Shown here in pieces: positions 40,153 through 50,139 of a stretch of DNA of 64,000 nucleotides; the first letter of the stretch is position 1; each line of letters opens with the position of its first letter. The notes under the pieces were generated by a model that saw only the letters and a list, made by a program, of their open reading frames with translations, did not search any database and was not told where the DNA came from. Source of the DNA: an uncultured Syntrophomonadaceae bacterium (GTDB taxonomy: Bacteria; Bacillota; Dethiobacteria; DTU022); assembly GCA_964436815.1 (NCBI GenBank), contig CAYTER010000002.1, positions 15,401-79,400 on the forward strand, in the 5' to 3' direction. The position numbers and the translations under genes were made by a program.

Positions 40153-41207
40153 TTTTTTTCACTTCCTTTATGCAAAAGCGACATCTGAATGGTTATTTTT
40201 GTTCCCCGACCGGGAGAACTTTCAAAAAAAACCCGGCCACCAATCGCGCCGGCACGCTCCCTGATTCCTGAAAGGCCAACAGCGGCAGGGTTGACCTGCA
40301 CTTTTGGATCAAAACCGGAACCGTTATCGCTAATTGACATCACCACCAGATCACCGGTCCTGGAAAGTTGAGCTTCTACAGTATCCGCATTGGCATGTTT
40401 ACTGATATTATTAAGCGCTTCCTGGGCTATCCGGAATAAACTTTCTCCCTGTTCGCCGACAAGGTTAACCTCAGGATCCAGATGATCGATAAAGTGCCAG
40501 CCCTCACGCTCAGCCAGCTTACCGATGTATTCTTTCAAAGCCTTGCCGAGACCTTCAAGATCAAGGCTGACCGGTCTGAGCTGCATGATCAGCTCCCGAA
40601 TCTGGGCATGGGCCTGACGCGCCATTAATTCAAGGTTTTCACTTTCAGCAATTAATTCTTCGATATTTTCAGGATTACTGCCGATCTTTTTCTTCAGCGC
40701 TGCCGCTCTCATCGCCAGTACAAAAAGCTGCTGATTGACCGTATCGTGCAAGTCGCGAGCCAGGCGCATCCGCTCTTCCAGGGCAGCTCCACGGCCCGCC
40801 TCTTCAGAAAGGCGCAGGTTTTTATCGGCCAAATCTTTTAAGGCTCCAACCGCTTCTTCCAACCGTACCGCCATTAGATTAAGTTGATTCTCCAGCCAGC
40901 CGACTTCATCAAAAGGACCTGTCTCAAGCCTGGCTTCATAGTCCCCGCGGGCGATCCGCCCGGCCATGCGACCCGCTTCCCAAAGCCTGAGCTTCACCGA
41001 ACGGGTTATCAGGGAACCGGCTACTGCCGCAACCAAACCAATTACAAAGCCGCAGATTATTGCTATGGTAAATGAAACCGGCTGCTCCAGGCCAAAGCTG
41101 ACAGCCAGACGGTAAGTTATCAGGGTCATAAAAGCGCTGATGACGCCGGCAGCAAGACAAATTGCCGCCAGGCGCCATTGCAGCCCAAAACTGCGCTCCG
41201 CACTCAT
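40149..41207 (-). CDS. Sensor histidine kinase, LiaS/VraS-like (HisKA_3)
   Basis: 2 TM helices plus a HAMP-like linker. The H-box is LARDLHDTVNQQLF, followed by a HATPase_c domain. Confidence 0.8.
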   Translation of the reverse strand: MSAERSFGLQWRLAAICLAAGVISAFMTLITYRLAVSFGLEQPVSFTIAIICGFVIGLVAAVAGSLITRSVKLRLWEAGRMAGRIARGDYEARLETGPFDEVGWLENQLNLMAVRLEEAVGALKDLADKNLRLSEEAGRGAALEERMRLARDLHDTVNQQLFVLAMRAAALKKKIGSNPENIEELIAESENLELMARQAHAQIRELIMQLRPVSLDLEGLGKALKEYIGKLAEREGWHFIDHLDPEVNLVGEQGESLFRIAQEALNNISKHANADTVEAQLSRTGDLVVMSISDNGSGFDPKVQVNPAAVGLSGIRERAGAIGGRVFFESSPGRGTKITIQMSLLHKGSEKK

Positions 41208-41978
41208 TTACGATTTACCCGGTAGGGCAGGCATGTAGATTATTTCCATTTCACCAAGCCCAAGTTTCGCCTCGATCTGCAGGGAAGCTTCGGCGCCCTC
41301 TACCGCGATGGACCGCTGCAATTCAAGACCTGAAATACCTGAGCGTTCTTCTTCAAAGAGATGGAGCTCGCCCAAACCGACAGAAGCTTTTATATCAAGA
41401 TTAACTCCACCCGGAACCCTGACGGTTACCTCGCCAATTCCTGTTTTTATGAAGATTTTATGCGTACCCGGTTTGATCTCCGCCGTAGTCAGATCAATGA
41501 CCACATCACCGATGCCGTGAAAAAACTCCTGATCTTCTTCTAAAACCCAGGGCGCACGTCCATGATAAAGATCGCCGATATGTCTCATCTTTGCGCATCT
41601 TTTCCATCCTTCACCTTCCTGGCAATTCTCGGACCAGAAGCGACCTCCACCCTTAACCCGGTCGCCCAGCAGAATAGAGAGACCAATGGCTACCAGGATC
41701 AGCGGCCAGCCATAGCGGGCGATATCTCCGCCGCCAATCGTGCTCAGTCCGGCATTCTTCAACATGCTGAACAGTCCTATCCCTCCAACCCACAGCCCGA
41801 GACCAAGCAAAAACCAGGAATTCCAACCGAAACTGATACTTTCCCATATAATAACCACACCCAGCAGAAGGAGAATTACCGGCCAAAAAGCGATGCCGAA
41901 ATTAAATACCCCGGTTACCTGTAATAGGATTAAAACACCAAGCACCAGCAGGATAATACCCCAGATTTGACGTTTCAT
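41208..41978 (-). CDS. LiaF/VraT-like membrane protein (DUF2154 beta-rich C-terminal domain)
   Basis: 4 N-terminal TM helices. The C-terminal region is made of repeated short beta-strand motifs (GEVTVRVPGGVNLDIKASVGLGELHLF...). It is immediately upstream of, and abutting, the HK gene. Confidence 0.6.
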   Translation of the reverse strand: MKRQIWGIILLVLGVLILLQVTGVFNFGIAFWPVILLLLGVVIIWESISFGWNSWFLLGLGLWVGGIGLFSMLKNAGLSTIGGGDIARYGWPLILVAIGLSILLGDRVKGGGRFWSENCQEGEGWKRCAKMRHIGDLYHGRAPWVLEEDQEFFHGIGDVVIDLTTAEIKPGTHKIFIKTGIGEVTVRVPGGVNLDIKASVGLGELHLFEEERSGISGLELQRSIAVEGAEASLQIEAKLGLGEMEIIYMPALPGKS

Positions 41979-42091
41979 CTCATTCTTTCCCTTCTTAAAC
42001 TAGAATTGCAGCTTAACCTGCCTTACTGCCGCTGACTAAACTCTAACCGCAGCGCAAAACTTATATAAGGTCCCCCGGATTGAATTTCCGC

Positions 42092-42107
42092 TCATACCTG
42101 GGTATGA
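42092..42107. promoter_or_regulatory. Perfect palindrome TCATACC-TG-GGTATGA in the liaF-hom divergent intergenic region. It is a candidate LiaR-type operator.
   Basis: 7-bp inverted repeat with a 2-nt spacer, ~115 bp upstream of the liaF-like start and ~140 bp upstream of hom. Confidence 0.35.
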
Positions 42108-42247
42108 TTTTAACCTGCCTTCCTAGATGATAACACTTCCTTTACTCCTGCCGGCTATTGTTCCAGTTATTGCTCAGTAAAGCTCAGCTTCCTGCTTATA
42201 CCACTTTCAGAATGCTATAATGCACTTAAGAAAGGGTGAATGCTTAA

Positions 42248-43288
42248 ATGGCTAAAGTAATTAAACTCGGCTTGATTGGTTTTGGCAACGTCGGGCAGGA
42301 ACTGGCCCGAATCCTGCTCGAGAAACAGGAAGCCTGGTTAAGGGATTATGATTTAAGTTTTATTGTTGTGGCAGTATCTACGCTCAGCAAAGGCTCCCTT
42401 TTTAATGAAACAGGAATTGATCTGAAGCGAGCGCTCACCGATCTTGGTGAAGAGGGCTTGTTTAACCGGCATAATCCGGACCTTGCTTCATTAAACCCGC
42501 TGGAACTGACCCGGCTGGATGTTGTAGATGTAGTAATCGAAATCAGCACTTTAAATATAACTAGCGGTCAGCCGGCCACTAATCACCTGGTCAGCGCCCT
42601 GCAAAACGGCAAGGATATCATTACTGCCAACAAAGGCCCGATTGCTTTTCATTATCATGAACTAAAAACCCTGGCCTCCTCGCTAAACAAAAGTCTGTTT
42701 TTTGAAGGCATAGTGATGGACGGCACCCCGGTTTTCAATCTGATCCGTGAAAACCTGATGGGCTGTACCGTTAAAAGTTTTAGAGGAATACTCAACAGCA
42801 CCACCAATTATATCCTGACCGAGATGGCCGCCGGAATAAAATATGAACAAGCCCTCAGTAAAGCCAGGAACCTTGGTTTTGTTGAATCTGACCCTACAAT
42901 GGATATCGACGGCTGGGATGCTGCCGCAAAAGTAGCCGCCCTGATGAATGTGCTCTTTGATGCCCGGATTACCCCGCAGCAGGTTGAGCGGACAGGTATT
43001 GCCAATATCAGGGAAGAAGATCTCAGAAAGACCGAGAGCGAGGGACAAACCATCAGGCTAATCTGCGAGGGGCACAGAGATGGAAACACGTTGCGGGGTA
43101 AAGTTTCCCCTCTTGCCATTTCCCTGCACAACTCACTGGCCTTAATCAGGGGAACATCTTCAGCGTTAACTTTAGATACCGACCTGGCCGGAGAGATTAC
43201 GATCATCAGTCATAACCCGCAGATCAGACAAACCGCTTACGCCCTGATCAGCGATCTTTTCTCGCTGGTCAGATTAAATTCACTTTAG
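42248..43288 (+). CDS. hom: Homoserine dehydrogenase-like NAD(P)-dependent dehydrogenase (no ACT domain)
   Basis: The N-terminal Rossmann region is KLGLIGFGNVGQELARIL. The central ITANKGPIA...EGIVMDGTPVF is typical of the homoserine dehydrogenase catalytic domain. 346 aa. Confidence 0.6.
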   Translation: MAKVIKLGLIGFGNVGQELARILLEKQEAWLRDYDLSFIVVAVSTLSKGSLFNETGIDLKRALTDLGEEGLFNRHNPDLASLNPLELTRLDVVDVVIEISTLNITSGQPATNHLVSALQNGKDIITANKGPIAFHYHELKTLASSLNKSLFFEGIVMDGTPVFNLIRENLMGCTVKSFRGILNSTTNYILTEMAAGIKYEQALSKARNLGFVESDPTMDIDGWDAAAKVAALMNVLFDARITPQQVERTGIANIREEDLRKTESEGQTIRLICEGHRDGNTLRGKVSPLAISLHNSLALIRGTSSALTLDTDLAGEITIISHNPQIRQTAYALISDLFSLVRLNSL

Positions 43289-43292
43289 CAGC

Positions 43293-44327
43293 TTAATAAT
43301 TACTGTTGTCATAAAGCATTTTACTGCCTATCACAACTCGAACAATATCGGGATCTAACTGCGTCCCGGTAACACTTTGCAGTTCTTCTTCCACTTCCGG
43401 GATGGATCTGGATGCAGCATAAGGCCTCTCCCACAGCATGGCGTCTATCGCATCGGCAACAGCAATTATCCTGGCGCCCAGGGGAATATTTTTCCCTACT
43501 ATTCCTTCCGGATAGCCCAGCCCGTCATACCGTTCATGATGATAGAGAATCAGCGGTATGATCTCCTTTAAAAAAGTGGCGGGCGATAAAATATCTGCTC
43601 CGATCACAGAATGTTTTTTAACCATCTCATATTCACCATCATTAAGGCTACTGCTCTTCCTGAGAATGCTTTCTTCGACACCAATTTTCCCGATGTCATG
43701 CAGCGTAGCTGCCTGCCTGATCGGTTCCAACTGATCAAGGGGTATATTCATATTTAAACCGATCTGCTCCACCAGGCTGGCAACTCTCTCCTGGTGCCCT
43801 TTTGTGTATGAGTCCTTGGCATCGACCGCCGCCACCAGGGATTCAATGGTTTCCCTGTAGTGGCTCTGGATGCTGCTGTACGTTATTTTAATCTCTTCCT
43901 CGAGCGCAACCTTGGCCAGCTTAAGTTCATCAATTTTTTTACTTGCTTCCCGTGTTTCAAAACGTTTATGCAGGCCTTTTTTCACGACTTCCCTGACCGA
44001 AGTAATTTCAAAAGGTTTGATCAGATAATCAATGGCGCCAAGTCGAAGGGCTTCCGTTGCTGTATCGATGGAAGCATAGGCGGTAATCATGATTACCTGG
44101 GTGTCAGGAGCCTGTTCCCTGATCACTTTCAACAAATCAATACCGTTCATTTCCGGCATCCGGATATCTAAAATAATCAGATCGTATTCATCTTTTTGTA
44201 AAATTTCAAGCGCCTGCTTGCCGCTGGCGGCAGTTTGAACGGAATAATCATCTCTTAAAATCATTCTCAGAGATTCTCTGGGTCCAAGTTCATCATCCAC
44301 GACAAGAATCAAAGGCTTTTCAGACAT
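43293..44327 (-). CDS. Response regulator with HD-GYP output domain (RpfG-like c-di-GMP phosphodiesterase)
   Basis: The REC domain is ILVVDDELGPRESL...DLIILDIRMP. The HD-GYP motifs are HDIGKIGV and HHERYDGLGYP. Confidence 0.85.
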   Translation of the reverse strand: MSEKPLILVVDDELGPRESLRMILRDDYSVQTAASGKQALEILQKDEYDLIILDIRMPEMNGIDLLKVIREQAPDTQVIMITAYASIDTATEALRLGAIDYLIKPFEITSVREVVKKGLHKRFETREASKKIDELKLAKVALEEEIKITYSSIQSHYRETIESLVAAVDAKDSYTKGHQERVASLVEQIGLNMNIPLDQLEPIRQAATLHDIGKIGVEESILRKSSSLNDGEYEMVKKHSVIGADILSPATFLKEIIPLILYHHERYDGLGYPEGIVGKNIPLGARIIAVADAIDAMLWERPYAASRSIPEVEEELQSVTGTQLDPDIVRVVIGSKMLYDNSNY

Positions 44328-44355
44328 TATAGTTGTATACCCCTTTACAATTTGC

Positions 44356-46359
44356 TCATTTAGCGACTAAAGGCAAACTGATTCCGAACTTGAGCGGACT
44401 ACCGTTTGCCTGAACGGCCTGAAGCGTCCCCCCGTGGTCTTCAACTATTTTTCTGCTAACCGGTACACCAATCGATATGGCATTATCAGGGCTAACCTCA
44501 AGGGGGTTAAAAATCTTTTCCGGATCATCCAGATCTATTTTAGTACAGTTATCAGTAATCATAATATGCAGTTGCTCAGGCTCATATTTAGCATCCGGTA
44601 TGGCGGTAACGATGGTGATTTCTTTATCTTTATCCGGAAATCCTTCATAAAGAAAACCGATTAAATAGGCAATTGCCCTGGCCATGCTGAGCCGGTCGAC
44701 TTTTACTGCGGTTTCCCCCGGGCAGATACTTTTTCTGACCAAACCGTTAAGATTACCGCCCTGTTCTTTTAAAAGAGCGATAGATTGCTCAATAATTTCG
44801 TTAATATCAACAATTTCGTACTGATAGTTCAAGGGAGTAGAGAAGGCGATCAGCTGATCGATCAGTTCGTTTAATCTCTTTACTTCCTGCTTTACGGTTT
44901 GCGAAAACAAGGTTCTAAATTCCTGGTCTTCGTATTTTTCCGGCAGCAGCTGGGCATAAGTCTGGATCGCAACCATCGGATTTTTAATCTCATGGGTCAG
45001 TTGACTGACAAAACGGTTCAATACATTAATCTGCTCTACTTTGTTACGTTCCGCTTCTGCAATCTTCCTTGCTGTAATATCGTCAATGATCATTACACTG
45101 CCGAGCACATCATCATTTTGATTAACCATTCTGTAGGTGCTTATTTCAAGAGGCAGCCGGTCCTCTGTCAACTCGAGGAATTCTTTATGATATGCTTTTC
45201 CGGATAACATTGTTTCATAGAGCATATCTCCAAGGGGGCTAATCAGTGATCTCAAATCTGCATTGATCACCTTCGCCGGATCATGTTTTAATATTTCACC
45301 GGCTCGCTGGTTAAAGGTGGTTATTTTTTCAGCGCAATCAATCGCCACAACCCCGCTGTCCATGATCTGTAAAATACTTTCAATATATATTTTTTGGTTA
45401 ACTAGCCGTTCATGCAGATCGATGTCATCCAAGGCAACAGCAATATTCCCGCAAACGGTATAAAGCAGTTCCAACTCTCGATCGTAAAAAGGAGAGCCGG
45501 CAACTTTCGAACCGAGACAGAGAACTCCATTTAACTTGCCCTGGGCGATCAGTGGCACACAAACCTGGGCATGAAGCAGTTTCATTTCCTGTAGAATTTC
45601 AGCCCTGCGTTCAGGAGAGATGTATTCGCAGAGTTCAGATTTCTGCAAAATCTGCCCTTCCGCAGCCAACCAGGCCACTAGACCCTCAGATTCCTTTAGC
45701 CGCAATAATAAATTAATATCAGGATCCAAGCCATGTTGTGCGGCGATGACAAATCCATTACCAGCGTTACTTTTTAACAGGACAGCAATTTTGCCAACCG
45801 GAACAAGCTCTTTAACCGCATAAATAAAGAGATTTATGAACTTCTCCCGATTAAACTGATTACTGACTGTTCTGGAAAAGTCACTTAAAACCCTCGCCCA
45901 GGGACGTGTCGTCAGATCATATTCCCTTTGCGGCACATTATTTTCTGGAAGGGCTTTTCTAACGTCCGCGGTAGGTTCGTCTTTGCTGCTTATCGATTTT
46001 TCCCAGGCGCGGTCAAGAATTTTTTTCAACTGCCATTGCTCGAAGGGCATCGGCAAATAATCATATAACAAATCAGCCAGCTGAAGCGCTTTTTTCTGAT
46101 CTTTTCCCAAACCGATAAAAATCAAACCCGGTTTATGGGCTGCTTCGTCCTTCAGCCAACTGTGAACATCCCGGCAATCCGTATCCAGCAACACTACGCC
46201 GTGATCAAGATCAGTTGTAATCGCACCATTAAAATGATCATCGCTGTTGCCGATTAAAAAATAGCTATCCGGGATAAGATTTTTGATCTCTTCGAGTAAA
46301 TTCTGATCTTCGGTAACCATGAGCACAACTTTCACCCGAGCACCCACTCTCCAGGCCAT
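44356..46359 (-). CDS. Cytoplasmic sensor histidine kinase (degenerate REC-like N-terminus, GAF, PAS, HisKA, HATPase)
   Basis: 667 aa. The H-box is LTHEIKNPMVAIQTYAQLLPEKYEDQEFR, followed by a C-terminal HATPase_c. It is a paralog of the adjacent membrane HK. Confidence 0.8.
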   Translation of the reverse strand: MAWRVGARVKVVLMVTEDQNLLEEIKNLIPDSYFLIGNSDDHFNGAITTDLDHGVVLLDTDCRDVHSWLKDEAAHKPGLIFIGLGKDQKKALQLADLLYDYLPMPFEQWQLKKILDRAWEKSISSKDEPTADVRKALPENNVPQREYDLTTRPWARVLSDFSRTVSNQFNREKFINLFIYAVKELVPVGKIAVLLKSNAGNGFVIAAQHGLDPDINLLLRLKESEGLVAWLAAEGQILQKSELCEYISPERRAEILQEMKLLHAQVCVPLIAQGKLNGVLCLGSKVAGSPFYDRELELLYTVCGNIAVALDDIDLHERLVNQKIYIESILQIMDSGVVAIDCAEKITTFNQRAGEILKHDPAKVINADLRSLISPLGDMLYETMLSGKAYHKEFLELTEDRLPLEISTYRMVNQNDDVLGSVMIIDDITARKIAEAERNKVEQINVLNRFVSQLTHEIKNPMVAIQTYAQLLPEKYEDQEFRTLFSQTVKQEVKRLNELIDQLIAFSTPLNYQYEIVDINEIIEQSIALLKEQGGNLNGLVRKSICPGETAVKVDRLSMARAIAYLIGFLYEGFPDKDKEITIVTAIPDAKYEPEQLHIMITDNCTKIDLDDPEKIFNPLEVSPDNAISIGVPVSRKIVEDHGGTLQAVQANGSPLKFGISLPLVAK

Positions 46360-46368
46360 ATCAATGAA

Positions 46369-48858
46369 TCAGGATAAGGGAAGCACTACTTCAAACCTTG
46401 AACCCGCCCCTTCAATACTGGAAAAATCAATTTTACCGCCATGACCGGCAATGATTTTATGGCTGATGCTTAGTCCGATTCCCACTCCATCTGCTTTGCT
46501 GGTCACAAAAGGATCAAAAATCTTTTCTTTTACAACCTCGGATATCCCGACGCCCGAGTCTTCAATAAATACTGTCAGATTGCCGGCGGCAGTTCTTATT
46601 CCTGCATTCAGAATACCACCTTCAGGCATAGCATGAACTGCATTAACGCATATATTCAGCAGGGCTTGCTTAATTAGGGCCCGGTCAACATCAATAAGCT
46701 TGTCCTCACCCTGAAAATCAAGATTGACCATTATTCCATTGGCATCAAGTTGCGGCGACAAGAGCGCAATAACTTCACCGATTAGATCTTTAATATTTAC
46801 TTTCTCCAATGTGAGGACCGGTTCCTTTACAAAATTTAAAAGTTCTCCGACTAAATCGTTTATCCTGATTATTTCCTGGCTGACGACACTGGAAAATCTG
46901 TTCCGGAAATCGTGATCCTCATATTTCTCGGGCAACAAATCAGCAAATGTTTTTATTGAAACCAGTGGATTCTTTATTTCATGAGCAATGCCGGCTGCTA
47001 CTTCACCGAGTGATACCAGGCGCTCCGACTTGCTCTTTTCCTGCTCCAGTTCTTTAATTCTGGTTACGTTGCTAAACACAATAATTACTTCGCGGGCTCG
47101 GCTTTCCGGAGATTCGACGATTGAAGTATTGCAGGTCAGGTAGCTGGTATTCTTTCCAACGGTATGTTTGATTTCGACCTGCTTGATACCTGCCCCTTTA
47201 TTTATTGTTTTCCAAAATAAATCGTAGATATCCGCCCCTAAAGCAGGCGTAATTTTTTGACCGATCACCTTTTCGGCATTAAGTCCAAAGATATATTCAG
47301 CCTCGTTATTAAATACGGTAATAATTTTAGCTTCATTAACGGCGATCAGCCCGTTGCCCATATTGAGCAAAATATTTTCCTGGTATTGCTTTATCGATAA
47401 GATCTCTTCATATAAGCGGGCATTGACAAGTGAAGAGGTAACCTGTGAAGAGAGGGATGATATCAGATTTATATCTTCCCGGTAAAACGGTTCCCCTGAG
47501 TTTTTCAGGCCGAGAAATAATATACCCTCGATTTCATCTTCGATCATCAGGGGTATGGCCATTTCCATTTCCAAAACTTTCATTTTTTCTGAAACCAACG
47601 CTTCGTCAAGCTGGCTGATCCCTTTACTGAAATCACTCTGTAATACAATTCTTTTATGGGTATCTAAATAATCGGTTATCAATTTTATAACTGCTAAATC
47701 GGGAACGATTCTCTCATAATCTGCCATGCTTCCGCTAAATCCCGGCAGTTCATACTGCCGGTCATTTCCCTTCAGGCAGTAAAGGCCATACTCAAGATTC
47801 ATATACTTGACCAAATCGTTGAGAATCGTTTCAAATATCAACTCTTTATCAAGAATATGCCTTAGATTGTTAACACTGTTGGCCAGCAAGCTGTGATAAT
47901 CGACAAAGTTTTTATAGAATAGCTTTCTAATCAGGTAATCAATCCGTCTGCTGATCGTTGGATACCCGATTACCACGAGAAAAACCACTATCGCGATTAA
48001 TAACTCTGAATCTGCAGTCTCAAATCCTGTATTCTCGTTAAAAAGCAGCCTGATCAGGACGACCGCAAAACAGGCTAAAATAATTGCCGCTACCACAGTA
48101 GTTAAATTTTTACGCAGTGCAAAGCGGATATCCATAAAACGGTACTTAACGATTGAATAGCTTACTGCTCCAAGCATGATCAGGCTGAAAGCCGGCCCCA
48201 TGGAACGAATATCGATACCAAAAATATAGATAACGCCCATAAACGGCAGCAGAACATTAACGATGATAATCATTGAAGCCGTAGCAAGAGTTCCGTAATA
48301 AAAATAACTGAGCTGAGCCCTGATTTTTGAGCGGGCAATTTTCATCTTTTTGTAAAGCTGACTGAAAGCAAAAGCAGTCATCAGCAGCAGGAAAAGGATC
48401 CACGGATAGGTTAGAAAACCATAAATGATCAGGTTCTCCTGATAAGGTTCCATGATCCCGGTTATAAAATAAGGTGTAAAAGATAAAACTGCAAATAATA
48501 TACTAAAAGCCATGGTGATTAAGGCAACTTTGTTTTTAAAAAGCTTTTCCTGGAAAAGCGACAGCGTTATAGCCAGTACATGCCACGGCGCAATTATTCC
48601 CAACGCATGGCTAACCCGAATCCAAAATAAAGTTAAATTGTAATCGTCCTGGATTGTTATAAACAGGATAGCCAGACCCCACATGGCGACAACTACAGAA
48701 AAGCTGAGCATCAGGAGATTTGAAACAGCCCTGGGATTGTTGACCGCCACGAATATGCCAAGGGTCAGGTGTGCCAGAATCGTAAGAATGAGCATTATAA
48801 CCGTGGCATCAAGCAACTGGCTTATACCCACACCATTATCGATTATTATAACTTGCAA
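46369..48858 (-). CDS. Membrane-bound sensor histidine kinase (about 8 TM helices, GAF, PAS, HisKA, HATPase)
   Basis: 829 aa. The N-terminal ~270 aa are polytopic. The H-box is IAHEIKNPLVSIKTFADLLPEKYEDHDFR, and the HATPase_c G-boxes are present. Confidence 0.8.
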   Translation of the reverse strand: MQVIIIDNGVGISQLLDATVIMLILTILAHLTLGIFVAVNNPRAVSNLLMLSFSVVVAMWGLAILFITIQDDYNLTLFWIRVSHALGIIAPWHVLAITLSLFQEKLFKNKVALITMAFSILFAVLSFTPYFITGIMEPYQENLIIYGFLTYPWILFLLLMTAFAFSQLYKKMKIARSKIRAQLSYFYYGTLATASMIIIVNVLLPFMGVIYIFGIDIRSMGPAFSLIMLGAVSYSIVKYRFMDIRFALRKNLTTVVAAIILACFAVVLIRLLFNENTGFETADSELLIAIVVFLVVIGYPTISRRIDYLIRKLFYKNFVDYHSLLANSVNNLRHILDKELIFETILNDLVKYMNLEYGLYCLKGNDRQYELPGFSGSMADYERIVPDLAVIKLITDYLDTHKRIVLQSDFSKGISQLDEALVSEKMKVLEMEMAIPLMIEDEIEGILFLGLKNSGEPFYREDINLISSLSSQVTSSLVNARLYEEILSIKQYQENILLNMGNGLIAVNEAKIITVFNNEAEYIFGLNAEKVIGQKITPALGADIYDLFWKTINKGAGIKQVEIKHTVGKNTSYLTCNTSIVESPESRAREVIIVFSNVTRIKELEQEKSKSERLVSLGEVAAGIAHEIKNPLVSIKTFADLLPEKYEDHDFRNRFSSVVSQEIIRINDLVGELLNFVKEPVLTLEKVNIKDLIGEVIALLSPQLDANGIMVNLDFQGEDKLIDVDRALIKQALLNICVNAVHAMPEGGILNAGIRTAAGNLTVFIEDSGVGISEVVKEKIFDPFVTSKADGVGIGLSISHKIIAGHGGKIDFSSIEGAGSRFEVVLPLS

Positions 48859-50105
48859 CCTCCATTATTCCTGCCGGCATTGAAATCCGGCTTCGAGATA
48901 ATCATAGAGTTCGTCGTTCCACCAAATCCACGGATATTAACCATCGCCCTTCTCACTCTCGCTACCCTGCCCCGGGCGGGAACATAGTCGAGGTCACAAC
49001 CTTCATCGCAATTTTCCAGGTTTACAGTCGGGGTGATGTAATTATTGTCAATGCTTAAAGCAGCAGAAATCAGCTGCAGTGGACCGGCCGCAGCCCCCGG
49101 GTTACCAATCATCGATTTAATCGAACTAACCGGTATACAATAAGCCCTGTCCTGAAAGACTTCTTTGATCGCTTCCGTTTCCACCTGATCAATGACCGGG
49201 TGGCCCGGGGCACATGCAGATATATAGTCTATATCATTCGGTCTGAACCCGGATTGGTTGAACGCATTATTCATTGCATCAACGAAGGAATTTTTCATCC
49301 AGGCCGGAGACATTACCGTGGAAGTTCCCCCTCCTGAATACAAAGCATAAATTTTTGCTTTTCTTTTAAGTGCCATGTTCTTTTCTTCCATTACTATTAC
49401 ACCGGCTCCTTCAGATACTATTCCACTTTCCCTGTCACGATCAAAAGGACGGCTTCCCTTTTCCGGCAGATCATTGAAGCCGGAAGGCACCAGACCAATT
49501 ACACTATAGCCGGTAAGGTAAAAGGGCGAAAGCGGTATATCAACGCCTCCGGCGATGACAATGTCAGCTTCCCCACGGGCAATTAAATCTGCAGCAGACT
49601 GGATACTTGTAGCTCCAGCCGTACAGGCTGTCGATACGGTCACAACATTGGTAAATATTTTGAAGATATGCGCTATCGCCGAAGCTGATGCATGCGGCGC
49701 TGCAGAGGCAAGGGCATCAGGCCTGACGGACCCGTCAGCAGAAAAAGCCGCGAACTCTCTTTGATAAACTTCCATGTCAGGGCTGCTGGCGCCCATAAAT
49801 ACCGCTCCGCTGCGTTTTGCGATCTCATCGGCTGAAAGACCGGCATCCTCGAGCGCCAGGAGTGCCGCAATTACTGAAAAACGGCAGGCTTTTGAATCCG
49901 GCAGCCAATCCGGTAAACCCGCCTTCCTTTCCTCTAACCATTCGGGTAAAATGTCGCCGGCAATATGGCAGGGACAGTCGGATTCAACCAAATCATTAAT
50001 TTGTCTGATCCCGGTTTTCCCCGAAGAGATGGCTTCCCAGAAAGATTTTTTCCCCACTCCGTTTGGCGCTACCGGCCCAAGCCCGGTTATTGCTACTTCA
50101 TACAT
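48846..50105 (-). CDS. Beta-ketoacyl-ACP synthase I/II-fold condensing enzyme (KAS-like), stand-alone and outside any fab cluster
   Basis: 419 aa thiolase-fold KAS. The active-site Cys is in VSTACTAGATSI, and a His is in CAPGHPV. The second His of the GHxxGAAG motif is replaced by Asn (SMIGNPGAAAG). Its 3' end overlaps the HK start by 13 bp. Confidence 0.8.
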   Translation of the reverse strand: MYEVAITGLGPVAPNGVGKKSFWEAISSGKTGIRQINDLVESDCPCHIAGDILPEWLEERKAGLPDWLPDSKACRFSVIAALLALEDAGLSADEIAKRSGAVFMGASSPDMEVYQREFAAFSADGSVRPDALASAAPHASASAIAHIFKIFTNVVTVSTACTAGATSIQSAADLIARGEADIVIAGGVDIPLSPFYLTGYSVIGLVPSGFNDLPEKGSRPFDRDRESGIVSEGAGVIVMEEKNMALKRKAKIYALYSGGGTSTVMSPAWMKNSFVDAMNNAFNQSGFRPNDIDYISACAPGHPVIDQVETEAIKEVFQDRAYCIPVSSIKSMIGNPGAAAGPLQLISAALSIDNNYITPTVNLENCDEGCDLDYVPARGRVARVRRAMVNIRGFGGTTNSMIISKPDFNAGRNNGGCKL

Positions 50106-50139
50106 GTTCTTTCCTCCAGGCAGAGAAGAGTGTAAAAAA

